From a virus (taxonomy: Duplodnaviria; Caudoviricetes), in IMG/VR virus record IMGVR_UViG_3300044580_000079, positions 1-39,515 of that record: DNA of 39,515 bases; one strand, 5' to 3'. Position numbers and translations under genes: made by a program. Below the pieces are notes generated by a model. It was not told where the DNA came from and made no database searches. It saw only the letters and a list, made by a program, of their open reading frames with translations. Below are positions 15,503 through 24,400 of this stretch, in pieces (positions within the stretch are counted from its first letter, which is position 1; every line of letters begins with the position of its first letter).

Positions 15503-16540
15503 ATGTCTGTCAGAATGAGAAACGGTCGGTATGTCGCCGACTTCTACCCTGAAGGTAGAAAGGGGCCACGGAAACAAATTTCCCTTCCCGTAGGAATCGA
15601 CCTGGAAAAAGCCCTTGAGTTGGAGTTACAGCTAAAGATTCTTGCAACCAACCAAGTCAAGCAAAAGAATTCACCGGACGGAACCGTTTCTACCCACTTC
15701 CAAAAATATTTGGAGTGGTACAAGATTCATCGTCAACCTACGACATACAGAGACATTGAGTCTATTTTTAGAACCCACGTAGAACCGATCCTTGGCAGCA
15801 TAGAATTAAAGAAGATCGGACTTGCCCATATCGACTTTTACAAAAAGACCCGTAAGGAAGAGGGCGCAAATAACGCCACCATTAATAAGGAGTTGTCCTA
15901 TTTTGCCGGGTTTTTGAGATGGGCAGAGGAGAACAAGCTAATTGACCAAAGGGCATTTCGCATTCGGAAGCTGCCCTATAAACGGCCCCTACCCATGACT
16001 CTTTCACCGGAAGAAGTAAATGCTATCCTTGAAAACATGGAGCAGCCCTACCGTGCCTTTGTGACAGCCCTATATACTCTTGGGTTGAGATTTTCTGAGG
16101 CTGCCAACCTTTCCTGGAACAATGTTGACCTGACTGTTCGTCAACTGAGGGTAAGGCAAAAGGGTGGGGGGTGGAAAATCCTGCCGATCAATCCAAGGCT
16201 GTACGATGAGCTTATTGCCATTAAAAATAAGGATGGTTTTGTGTTTCGTTCCATTGTGAATCAGGGTAGAATTAGGGACATTCGGAAGGCATTGTGGAGG
16301 GCCAAAGAAAAGGCCGGGATCAAAAGGCATATTTATCCCCACCTGTTCCGACACTCCATTGCCACGACCCTCATGGACAAGGGTGTCAACATGCGCATTA
16401 TTCAGGGATACCTTGGGCATGCAGACATCACGACCACCCAATGGTACACACAGGTCGCAATAGAGAATTTAAAGGCAGCAGAAAACGCCATCATTGGAAT
16501 GACTCCTGAAGTTCAGGAGAGAAAGGAGTTAAATGCATGA
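15503..16540 (+). CDS. int: Tyrosine integrase
   Basis: GLRFSE (R), QKGG (K), HLFRH, LGHADITTTQWY. Confidence 0.96.
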   Translation: MSVRMRNGRYVADFYPEGRKGPRKQISLPVGIDLEKALELELQLKILATNQVKQKNSPDGTVSTHFQKYLEWYKIHRQPTTYRDIESIFRTHVEPILGSIELKKIGLAHIDFYKKTRKEEGANNATINKELSYFAGFLRWAEENKLIDQRAFRIRKLPYKRPLPMTLSPEEVNAILENMEQPYRAFVTALYTLGLRFSEAANLSWNNVDLTVRQLRVRQKGGGWKILPINPRLYDELIAIKNKDGFVFRSIVNQGRIRDIRKALWRAKEKAGIKRHIYPHLFRHSIATTLMDKGVNMRIIQGYLGHADITTTQWYTQVAIENLKAAENAIIGMTPEVQERKELNA

Positions 16541-16697
16541 ATAGCTTTGTTGCGATTTTGCCGGTATGGGTAATATTACTGTTTGCAATGGATGCGATAT
16601 GCGGTTATAGCCCATTTGAATTGGGGTGGGCATGGTTTATCAGACCTGTTCTGGCATCGTTTTGGACGTTCTGTTTTGCCAAAGAAATGTAATTGCT

Positions 16698-16740
16698 CCC
16701 CGTCCGACACGCCGAAAGGCCCGGACGGGGTTATTTTTTT
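16698..16740 (+). terminator. GC-rich hairpin with GAAA tetraloop followed by T tract
   Basis: CCCCGTCCG..GCC-GAAA-GGC..CGGACGGGG TTATTTTTTT. Confidence 0.7.
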
Positions 16741-16750
16741 AGGAGGGGTT

Positions 16751-16828
16751 ATGCCCACTGAACCCCTCGTAAAGCGCGCCGTTACCTTCATCGACGGTCA
16801 AAATCTCTACCATTCGGTTCGTGAATCC
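16751..16828 (+). pseudogene. 5' fragment of NYN (LabA/DUF88-like PIN) nuclease gene
   Basis: AGGAGG RBS, MPTEPLVKRAVTFIDGQNLYHSVRES carries the FIDGxN motif; truncated at tRNA fragment. Confidence 0.75.
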
Positions 16829-16863
16829 GAAAGTAACAGGTTCAAATCCTGTCGGGCGCACCA
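16823..16863 (+). other. attP core: 3' half of a tRNA (probably tRNA-Arg)
   Basis: TCCGA anticodon-stem 3' strand, 5-nt variable loop, ACAGG-TTCAAAT-CCTGT T-arm, CGGGCGC-A-CCA; about 280 bp downstream of integrase. Confidence 0.88.
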
Positions 16864-16899
16864 AACCGCCCGATATTATTAACAAAAAAGGAGGTAGCC

Positions 16900-17103
16900 A
16901 TGAAAAAGGTAATTTTGTCGTCACTACTTTTTGGCCTATTGGTCACTACATCCTGCACTCAATCTATTGGGCCGTATGTAAGGAATGTTCAGGTTGACCG
17001 TGACAATCAGTTGGTGGTTGAACGTTGCGTGATTTCGATCTCGCAGGCGACTTCTTCTTTGTCTGCCGATCAATGCACGGTTGAGAAGCATCAGATTCGA
17101 TAG
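16900..17103 (+). CDS. Small lipoprotein (possible lysogenic conversion or superinfection exclusion)
   Basis: AGGAGG RBS; MKK, hydrophobic stretch, lipobox-like TTSC. Confidence 0.7.
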   Translation: MKKVILSSLLFGLLVTTSCTQSIGPYVRNVQVDRDNQLVVERCVISISQATSSLSADQCTVEKHQIR

Positions 17104-17236
17104 TTTTTTTCTTCTTGAGGGCAGCGAGTTTTATTTTCTCCTTACAATAAAAAAGGTGCTGCTCATAAACCGCAGCACCCCTTCCAGGCTCCCCCAAATC
17201 CATAAAGATCGACCTGCACTTATCGCACACGATCAT
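16964..17236 (-). CDS. Hypothetical protein
   Basis: CDKC...H..YC; 3' part overlaps the convergent lipoprotein gene. Confidence 0.4.
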   Translation of the reverse strand: MIVCDKCRSIFMDLGEPGRGAAVYEQHLFYCKEKIKLAALKKKKTIESDASQPCIDRQTKKKSPARSKSRNVQPPTDCHGQPEHSLHTAQ

Positions 17237-17441
17237 GTTTCTTTTTTCGTTCCTCCATTTTGCGTATTGCCTGATGAGTTTTATTGGCCTCCTGAATAAT
17301 CCAACGCCTTAAATCTGAAGCCAATTCCGGGTCAGCTTTTTCAACCGTTTCTGCATACGTTTCCATAGCAGCCCTGCTTGCAAGGGCATATAGCGTATTG
17401 CCCTCCGGTTTCAAAACGAAATACTTCTTTCTCAGGATCAT
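17220..17441 (-). CDS. Hypothetical protein
   Basis: KYFVLKP...ASRAAM..YA; GGAGG RBS, ATGA overlap. Confidence 0.65.
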   Translation of the reverse strand: MILRKKYFVLKPEGNTLYALASRAAMETYAETVEKADPELASDLRRWIIQEANKTHQAIRKMEERKKKHDRVR

Positions 17442-17791
17442 ATAATATCCTCCGGTGGTTGAATAGTTGGGGAAGGCTTAAACTTCCCCTTTTTATCTCG
17501 TTGTTGTTTGGGTTTGGGTAATTTGTCATCAATGAACATGGCAAGAGGACAACCCACAACCGATCCAATACTGTTAAAAAAGGCGTACTTCCAGTTGTTT
17601 GCATATTGCCAGTATCCTTCCCAGGATACCAAGGCTGTCATCAGGCCAGAAAGGAGGGCAGCGGACAGCATTGATCCCCGCATTACCCTCCTTACAAAAA
17701 ACACATAAAGCAAATCATCCAACACCGAAGCACTAAATACGGCAATGGCAATCCATGTTTCCATAAGGCTCCCGGCCTTATCCGCAATCAC
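17438..17791 (-). CDS. Membrane protein (about 3 TM)
   Basis: Three hydrophobic segments; C-terminal RDKKGKF. Confidence 0.65.
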   Translation of the reverse strand: MIADKAGSLMETWIAIAVFSASVLDDLLYVFFVRRVMRGSMLSAALLSGLMTALVSWEGYWQYANNWKYAFFNSIGSVVGCPLAMFIDDKLPKPKQQRDKKGKFKPSPTIQPPEDII

Positions 17792-17792
17792 T

Positions 17793-18053
17793 TCACCTTG
17801 GTTTTGGTTGTGCGGAAGGCTTTGTTTTCTTGGCTTCCTGTATTCTTTGTTTGGTCTTTTTCTCCAATGCTTTCACCTTGGCCTCAAGTTCCTTATTTGC
17901 GTCAATCGGTTCCAGGGATTGCAGCCACTTGGACATGCATTTGCGATTACAAAACGCAAACTTTTCCCCGCCCGGCACGATAAGCAATGCACCATCTCCA
18001 TTAAAGAGGGTTGCACCGCAACCGTTACATTCATAACCGCAATTTTTAAGCAA
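17793..18053 (-). CDS. Zinc-finger (TRASH/FCS-like) plus coiled-coil protein
   Basis: CNGC...FCNRKC; start re-called at TTG after AAGGAGG. Confidence 0.55.
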   Translation of the reverse strand: MLKNCGYECNGCGATLFNGDGALLIVPGGEKFAFCNRKCMSKWLQSLEPIDANKELEAKVKALEKKTKQRIQEAKKTKPSAQPKPR

Positions 18054-18450
18054 CCTGTTTTTCCTCCTTTTTCGAATATTTCTCCAAATAATATTGGTAG
18101 ATGTCGGTAGGATCACTCATCCCGGAAACCTTTTTTAAACCTTCCAAATACCGATCATCCAGGTCTGGCCTATCCTTCATCATGCGCTGAGCAAACATAA
18201 TGCAGCATTGGGCATGGGCAAGGTGAGATAATCCCGATTCAGGATCAAAATCTTCACCATCTATGAACGCAAACAGGTGTCTCAGGGCAGCATTCATGAG
18301 GCGCATGATATGAATCCCGCCTCGCCAGTTGTATCGTTTGTATTTGGTTGCGCCGTAATCCATCACCCTTGCAATTTCTTCAAGGGCATGCCTGTCAAGT
18401 AATGCCAAGGACGGTTTCCCCTGATCGTATTTCTTTCCAGTTGCTTCCAT
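18046..18450 (-). CDS. dATP/dGTP diphosphohydrolase domain protein (DUF5664-like)
   Basis: GKKYDQGKP, VMDYGATKY..NW, AALRHL, DPESGLSHLAHA. Confidence 0.9.
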   Translation of the reverse strand: MEATGKKYDQGKPSLALLDRHALEEIARVMDYGATKYKRYNWRGGIHIMRLMNAALRHLFAFIDGEDFDPESGLSHLAHAQCCIMFAQRMMKDRPDLDDRYLEGLKKVSGMSDPTDIYQYYLEKYSKKEEKQVA

Positions 18451-18463
18451 ATATCCTCCTTTG

Positions 18464-18910
18464 TCAACATCTAATGTCTATGAGATTTTCTCTCATGAAA
18501 TAATCAATCATGGCGTTAAAGTCATGAAAGATTTGACCGCCCGAAACAGAAGCAATATAGCGCAGCCACGGATGTTTTCCGCAATCCGGGGTAACAATAT
18601 ATACCGGCTTTTTGGCTTTGGTGGCTGCATGCCATGCTTCGCAGATTGTCCCAACCGAAAACTGAATGCTTGTTATCACCGCTATTACGCCATCAGACTG
18701 CTCAACGCCATTCAGGTCTTTGGTCACAAGCCTATTAAAATCTTCTACGTCCCATCGTGTTTTTTGACCGGAATCAATTTCGTGAATATCATCTCGGCCT
18801 GTATCGTAAAACGGGTTCAAAATGTCCAGGGTATATCGCCTTTCAATCAACAATTCCAACTCCCTAAGTCCTTTTCTCATATCAATCGGGTGCGCCAAAT
18901 ACAATTTCAT
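18464..18910 (-). CDS. Nucleoside 2-deoxyribosyltransferase-like protein
   Basis: LYLAHP, NPF, DL..V..SDGVIA, SVGTICE, KPVY. Confidence 0.85.
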   Translation of the reverse strand: MKLYLAHPIDMRKGLRELELLIERRYTLDILNPFYDTGRDDIHEIDSGQKTRWDVEDFNRLVTKDLNGVEQSDGVIAVITSIQFSVGTICEAWHAATKAKKPVYIVTPDCGKHPWLRYIASVSGGQIFHDFNAMIDYFMRENLIDIRC

Positions 18911-19275
18911 ACTGATCCTCCTTTTATTGCCGATACAATTCTCCTGACTATATCTTCTTGTTCATCATCAAGAAGATTTTCAGTCGTGTATCGTGATTTT
19001 GCCAGAGATTCATATTTCGCCATCAGGATATGCAGCACCTCATGCATTGCAGAATTGAGAAGTTGTTTAATGCAAACTTCCTCTGGATACCAATTGGTTG
19101 ATAGGATGATCTTGGCGATCTTATTGGTAATATCAGGAATGCAAGCTGCCTTTGCATCTTTGAGCCTTTTGTGTTCAAAGATGAAGTCCCAATCTTTTAG
19201 GCCAAACCTGTCAATCCATTTCTTGCATTCCAATGTAAAAATCTTGAAATCACTTTTTGATGTTTTGTACCGCAT
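18907..19275 (-). CDS. Zincin-like metalloprotease-domain protein
   Basis: FGLKDW, HEVLH (HExxH), EQE..V; start re-called at MRYK. Confidence 0.7.
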   Translation of the reverse strand: MRYKTSKSDFKIFTLECKKWIDRFGLKDWDFIFEHKRLKDAKAACIPDITNKIAKIILSTNWYPEEVCIKQLLNSAMHEVLHILMAKYESLAKSRYTTENLLDDEQEDIVRRIVSAIKGGSV

Positions 19276-19525
19276 CGAAAGCCCACAATGCTCTTGGGGT
19301 GTCCAAGATAATACTTCCATTCAGTTTGTCAGTATCATCAAAAATTACTTCATATCCCGGATGCGTAAACTGCTTCGCAATCTTCACGGGAACGTCATTC
19401 GGGTCTGGTTGTTTGTCGGGTGGTTTCTCTGGATTCTTTGGTATGTTGAGCACGTAAGTCTTAGCCACCCGACTCATCAGCCACAGGGAAAACCTTACCG
19501 TTAGATTTGTAAAAAATTTTTTCAA
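19250..19525 (-). CDS. Hypothetical protein
   Basis: TTG start overlapping upstream stop, GGAG RBS. Confidence 0.5.
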   Translation of the reverse strand: MKKFFTNLTVRFSLWLMSRVAKTYVLNIPKNPEKPPDKQPDPNDVPVKIAKQFTHPGYEVIFDDTDKLNGSIILDTPRALWAFDAVQNIKK

Positions 19526-20265
19526 GCGTATCTCCTTCCATTGGCCCAAAATTTTCCTTCGATGATATTCACCTGGAAATCATTAAACAGACCGGTTTTG
19601 GTATCGACATAGGCATAATTAAAACCATGAACCCAACGGTTCGGTTTGTTTTTCAACCAACGTGGGTTTCGATTACAAAGACACCCGCATGACATTGCTT
19701 TTGTCGGTTGAGAATCAATGGGACTAACAAGGGTGTATGTTTGTTGATCGTGAACATGACCATAAAGAATGTTCTTCTGGTAAACCATTGCAGTTTTTTC
19801 CGCATGATATTTCACTGTGTAAACCCCATGCATGTAATAGAGGTGCTGAGTTACCTGATAGGGAACGTTCAGGGGAATTATTTCCATGCGATATTTTCTT
19901 AGGGAAATATTACGATCCAATTCCCAATATCCTCTACCGTTGCGGTTTATTCCCGCAGCTTGTGCCAACCAATATTCATGGTTGCCTATCAGGTATATCA
20001 TTGAGGAAAATTTAGGAATTGCATTGATGAGGGGATTTAAAACAACATCATGTAATTGTTCATAGCTTTTGAAGATCGTATCACCGTCTAATTGTTGGGA
20101 CTGATCCGCAATCCATTGGCTTGCAGCAGTCCAATCGTGAATATCGCCACCAAGGATTACTTTGTGGGGTTTAAAATCGTGAATAAATTCAAAGACATTG
20201 TTCAGGGGAATATTAAACGGAACATGAATATCGAAAAGAGACACGATTCTCTCTTCCAAGGTCAT
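19522..20265 (-). CDS. Calcineurin-like metallophosphoesterase
   Basis: DIH, GDIHD, GNHE, HG, GHVH motifs. Confidence 0.92.
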   Translation of the reverse strand: MTLEERIVSLFDIHVPFNIPLNNVFEFIHDFKPHKVILGGDIHDWTAASQWIADQSQQLDGDTIFKSYEQLHDVVLNPLINAIPKFSSMIYLIGNHEYWLAQAAGINRNGRGYWELDRNISLRKYRMEIIPLNVPYQVTQHLYYMHGVYTVKYHAEKTAMVYQKNILYGHVHDQQTYTLVSPIDSQPTKAMSCGCLCNRNPRWLKNKPNRWVHGFNYAYVDTKTGLFNDFQVNIIEGKFWANGRRYA

Positions 20266-20289
20266 CCTCCTTAGTCAAGCTTTACTTAA

Positions 20290-20322
20290 ACTATAATAAT
20301 TTACTAAACGATTGTCAAGGGG
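20290..20322 (-). promoter_or_regulatory. Promoter for nucleotide-enzyme operon
   Basis: CCCC-TTGACA-N17-TATAGT. Confidence 0.8.
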
Positions 20323-20342
20323 TGGGTACTGATATTCTTGAC

Positions 20343-20786
20343 TTAAACGATATTGTAAAGAAAAAGGTCTTGTTCTGCCTTACGTCTTTTTACCAAACCC
20401 GGTAAAATACGACCGGCAGCATAGACCCACTTGGGGAATTCCAGGGCAGCGTCATCATATTCGCCCCGGTTCAGCTTTGATCGCAGGGTGCTTCGTTGTA
20501 AGGCTCCTCCTCCCAAATTGAATGTAAAAGAGATAAGAGCATCAAACTGTCCGTCTGTGAGTGGTACTCGTATGAGCCTTGACACGGAAAGCTCAGACAC
20601 CAGACAGTCTCTTCGCAGAATCTCTTCTCCTTGGGATTCGTCAATTCCATTCTGAAAATCCTCTCCGGGCCTCACAACGTGACCCCATCCAATAGTAGGA
20701 TAACCGGCGGGACAGATATAAATCTTGGGGCTAAACCCCTCAAAACGCTTAATGAGATTTAGCCCCTTATCGGTTATATGTCTCAT
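20343..20786 (-). CDS. Lysozyme endolysin (GH24)
   Basis: IKRFEG, Y.CPAG.PTIGWGH, QFDALISF.FNLG, LPGLVKRR.AE; start re-called at MRHIT. Confidence 0.93.
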   Translation of the reverse strand: MRHITDKGLNLIKRFEGFSPKIYICPAGYPTIGWGHVVRPGEDFQNGIDESQGEEILRRDCLVSELSVSRLIRVPLTDGQFDALISFTFNLGGGALQRSTLRSKLNRGEYDDAALEFPKWVYAAGRILPGLVKRRKAEQDLFLYNIV

Positions 20787-21238
20787 TATTTCTTCCCATT
20801 CGTGAAATGCTTGATCGAACGGTTTCCAAACCAGAAGCCAAGAACGGCGCACATTAAGGCAAAATCGTTTTCCGTCCAAATAGCATTGAGGGCTTGCTGC
20901 CAAACAGAGGCATTTGCCATAATGGAATACGTTGCAAATTTCGTTGCAACATAAGTTCCAAAAAACACGAAAGTAATAAGTGGTCTAACCAAGGCGTTTA
21001 AACCGGCGACCCATCCTTCTTTGGGTACAGCGAAATTGTAAACTGCCCTTGCCTCTTCGATGTCACCCTGTACGGCAATTTCCTCCATCTTGTAGGTGTG
21101 TCCAAGCTTATCCCGCTCAATTTGTAATTTCATGATCTCAAGTTCATGCTTCTTATCCTGCTTATCCTTAAAATATTTAATTACTTCGGGAATCGCACTT
21201 GCAAGAACGCCACCAATAGCACTTAAAACAGCAAGCAT
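20786..21238 (-). CDS. Holin (3TM/GTA-holin-like)
   Basis: QDKKHEL, VRPLIT, VLGFWFGNR; immediately upstream of lysozyme. Confidence 0.8.
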   Translation of the reverse strand: MLAVLSAIGGVLASAIPEVIKYFKDKQDKKHELEIMKLQIERDKLGHTYKMEEIAVQGDIEEARAVYNFAVPKEGWVAGLNALVRPLITFVFFGTYVATKFATYSIMANASVWQQALNAIWTENDFALMCAVLGFWFGNRSIKHFTNGKK

Positions 21239-21246
21239 AGTTACTC

Positions 21247-21477
21247 CTAAATTCTAATCTTGATGCCAAAGATACCTAAAATCACAACAACAACAATCCA
21301 TACTCCACGTAATATCCACAATTGTCGGTCATGATTTTTGACATCCTTTTTTAGTGATTGCATTTCTGCCTGTTCTTGTTCACATCGGTTTTTAATTGAT
21401 GCAACCAAAAAATCAATTTTTTCGTCTGTGGAATTAAACCGTTCTTGCATCCACTCTTTCAGTTCATCGGTTGTCAT
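21247..21477 (-). CDS. Coiled-coil plus C-terminal TM protein (XhlA-like lysis accessory)
   Basis: ATGA overlap; C-terminal hydrophobic helix; in lysis cassette. Confidence 0.6.
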   Translation of the reverse strand: MTTDELKEWMQERFNSTDEKIDFLVASIKNRCEQEQAEMQSLKKDVKNHDRQLWILRGVWIVVVVILGIFGIKIRI

Positions 21478-24400
21478 TGGATTACTCCCTTTTCTTGCAG
21501 TAGCAACTTTTCCCATTTGGGAATTTTTTCCATTTCCAATTCCTGAAACAACTGGGGATCAAGTGCCTCTGCCCATTCCCTTGCATCATCCCGTATGTCC
21601 TTCAGAATGTCCTGCAAGACCATACCCTTAATCGGGTCGCTGAGCCTCTTGTATCCCGGACTATTAAAGAAGGGTGCAACCTTTTCTGCCAGGAAACCCA
21701 TCTTTTCAGCAATCAGTCTATCGGCCCTTACATTTCCGGTTGAAGGCAGGATGTTTCTCCGCTCAAATCCCAACCTGTCCAGTTCGCTTTCCAGGGGGTT
21801 TTTGGCGGGCCTTGCGGATATTCCGGTCATTTGCCGGAATGCAGGAGCAAGGCTTTTAACCGGCCCTTCTCTTGTCGGCGCATACGCTTCGGGAAGGGTT
21901 TCAGCCAACCCAGGAATCTTGGACTTGATCGGCCCAAGGAACGGTTCGGTTTTGCGCTCCCTCACAATAGATTCATCAAACCCCTCAAGGAATTCACGAA
22001 CCATGTTAAGGGGAGTGACAAACCCACCAACCACCTCACCGGCAAATTGCTTGCCTATGTCTTTGGCCTTTTCCCATGAACGATTGGACGCAAACACCGT
22101 CAATTCGTTCAGCAGTTTATCAACGGCCCACAAGCCCACTCCGGCCCGGAGGTTTACTCCTCCGATCCCCTGAGCAATATCATTCCAATTCATTTTATAT
22201 AGGGAATTTTCCCGGTATTTTTTAGCTAAATCAGCAACAAACAGGTAAGCCCCAAACGGGTTGTACGGCCTCATATCAACGATAGTTCCATCCGGGGTTT
22301 TTAATTCATACCACTTTTCCCCAGCATAATCCGAATTACGAAACTGCCAAGCAGCCCCAAGTAATGCGGAACCCAAGATGGCACGTGACAAAACCCGCAC
22401 GTTCCCCTCAGCAAACGCCTGTCTTTCCTGTTTACTCAATAGCTTGAGTAAACCAAGTGGAGAGTATTCAAAATTGAATTTCAGACTATTTACCATAAAC
22501 CTTGGAAAGGGCAAGATGAACGAAGCACCGGGGACAGCATTAATAAAGCTGACAAACTTCTGTCCGATGCTTCCCCACTTGGGTTGCGTGGCAAACGTAA
22601 AGTCAAGCGACTCTCCTACCGCAAACCGAATGTCATCCAGATCAATTGCTTTGAGATTGTTCTTCTCAATGGCTTCCGCAAGATCAATACCTTTACGGGC
22701 TAATTTCTGATCGAGTTTACCCATAAAGACGGCACGTCTTGTTAGGAATTCCTGGAAACGGTTAAAGAAGTTTGCAACATCAACTGCCTTCTGAATATTC
22801 TTCCCGGTAGCGGAAGCAACATCGGAAGAGTATTGAGCAAACATGCGATCATATTGGGTCGGGGCCATTTTCAGAATTTTGTCCATGACCCCTTTGTTTC
22901 TCTGAAATAATCGCAAGAAGGTTTCCAGGCCATCCAGGGGATTATCCTTGGCAGCCGTATTGAACAATCTCTGAAGTCCGGCATTCAGTCCTTGTTCAAA
23001 GATGTCCAGACCCAAACGGGAACCCTGCACTGTGACGTTACGAATAGCCGTACTGAGTTGAGTTACCAGAAGGCCACGCCTGACATTATCAACCTTCTTC
23101 CACCAATGTTGTAATTCATCCCATGCGGTGTAGTTTTCTCCAAGTGCCTTACGCAATTTTTCAGCTTCCGGGCCTTGTATTTTCTTGGAAAGCCAACCCA
23201 ACAAACCAAGGTTTCTGGCCCATTGGCTTTTCGATATGTCAAAGGCCCTTAAAAATTCTTCGGTTGTAGTGTTGTACGCTTTTAAAATGTTCTCGTAGTT
23301 TTCAGGGTGTAAACGGATTTCTTCCATGATTTGCTCAGACATGAGCTTGTTGGGATCACGTTTAATGCCCTCTTTCAGCATGCTTTTGGTGGCGGAAGTA
23401 GAAACCTCCTTATGTATGTCTGTTCTCAGGGTCGGTTCGGTTAATGGCCCTTCTTTGATCGGGGGGATTTCAACTTGATCGCCATGAATCTTTGTTCCAA
23501 GAGGGGGTTTTTTCCCACCAAGCAATTTGGCAAAGGCAGCCCGGCTGATGGTAAACCCGGAAGCCCCACCAATGACAGCCCCACGAATCCTATTATCTTC
23601 ATCAACGGCAGCACCGGTAGCAGCACCAACCGAAGATGAGGCAATGTCGGATAGAATTTGGGGGTTTACTTTTCCAACCTGTCCCAACCATAATCCAGGT
23701 TCTCTTTCTTTAAACACAAGACCGGCAGCATTTTCTGGTTGCTTGCCAAAAACAAAAGCAATGCCGTCTTTCTGGTATCCAGAATAACCGGCATCTTTCA
23801 TCAGGGTATGAAGAACATTTTTCTGAAACCCAACATCACCGGGGGTATCAGACTGACGGACAATCTGAAGTGCCTTGCTTACAAGCCCCAACTCATCCTT
23901 ATCCAGGTCGTACATCTCCTTGGGTAAAACTGCCTGATAGGGCACTTTCCCGCTTTTCACGATGACTTCCGGGGTTGTCCCCTCCAAATAAAAATCAATC
24001 GTAGGATGATACGGATATTCGGGATGATCCTTGGCAGCTTCAATCTGTCTCAGCTTTTCTTTGGAATATTGCTGAATATCTTGCTCCGCCGGTACTTTAT
24101 CGGTCTTGCCGACATAAACGAAGTCACGTCCGTCCTGGACAAACCCCATCTTCTGCCAGTACGAACCAGACATCTCGCCACTACCGGCCCGGACGGTACG
24201 CCCGGTTTCATCGGCAAACTTTTTGAAGGCTTCAATGGCACGGGAACCGACTCCCCCGGCACTCAAAATACCGGGAATATAGATTTCGTCATCGGTGATC
24301 CTGACGTTGATACCACCTACAACCTTACCGTTATCAAGCAAAGGAACCCTCTCAATACCATCTTTGATTACTTTAGTTTTACCAACTTCCAATCCTGCTT

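Noticed and set aside
16790-16863. Complete tRNA gene
   Set aside because: No 5' acceptor strand (GCGCCCG) or D-arm upstream; only the 3' half is present
16583-16882. 99-aa ORF as a real protein
   Set aside because: It runs through a terminator-like hairpin and tRNA sequence; only the part from ATG 16751 has an RBS and a recognisable motif
18046-18450. Z-base (2-aminoadenine) genome pathway
   Set aside because: No PurZ, no HD-domain dATPase and no dedicated family A DNA polymerase found
18461-19504. 347-aa plus-strand ORF
   Set aside because: Antisense to three minus-strand genes, two with clear motifs; no RBS or recognisable motif; treated as a shadow ORF
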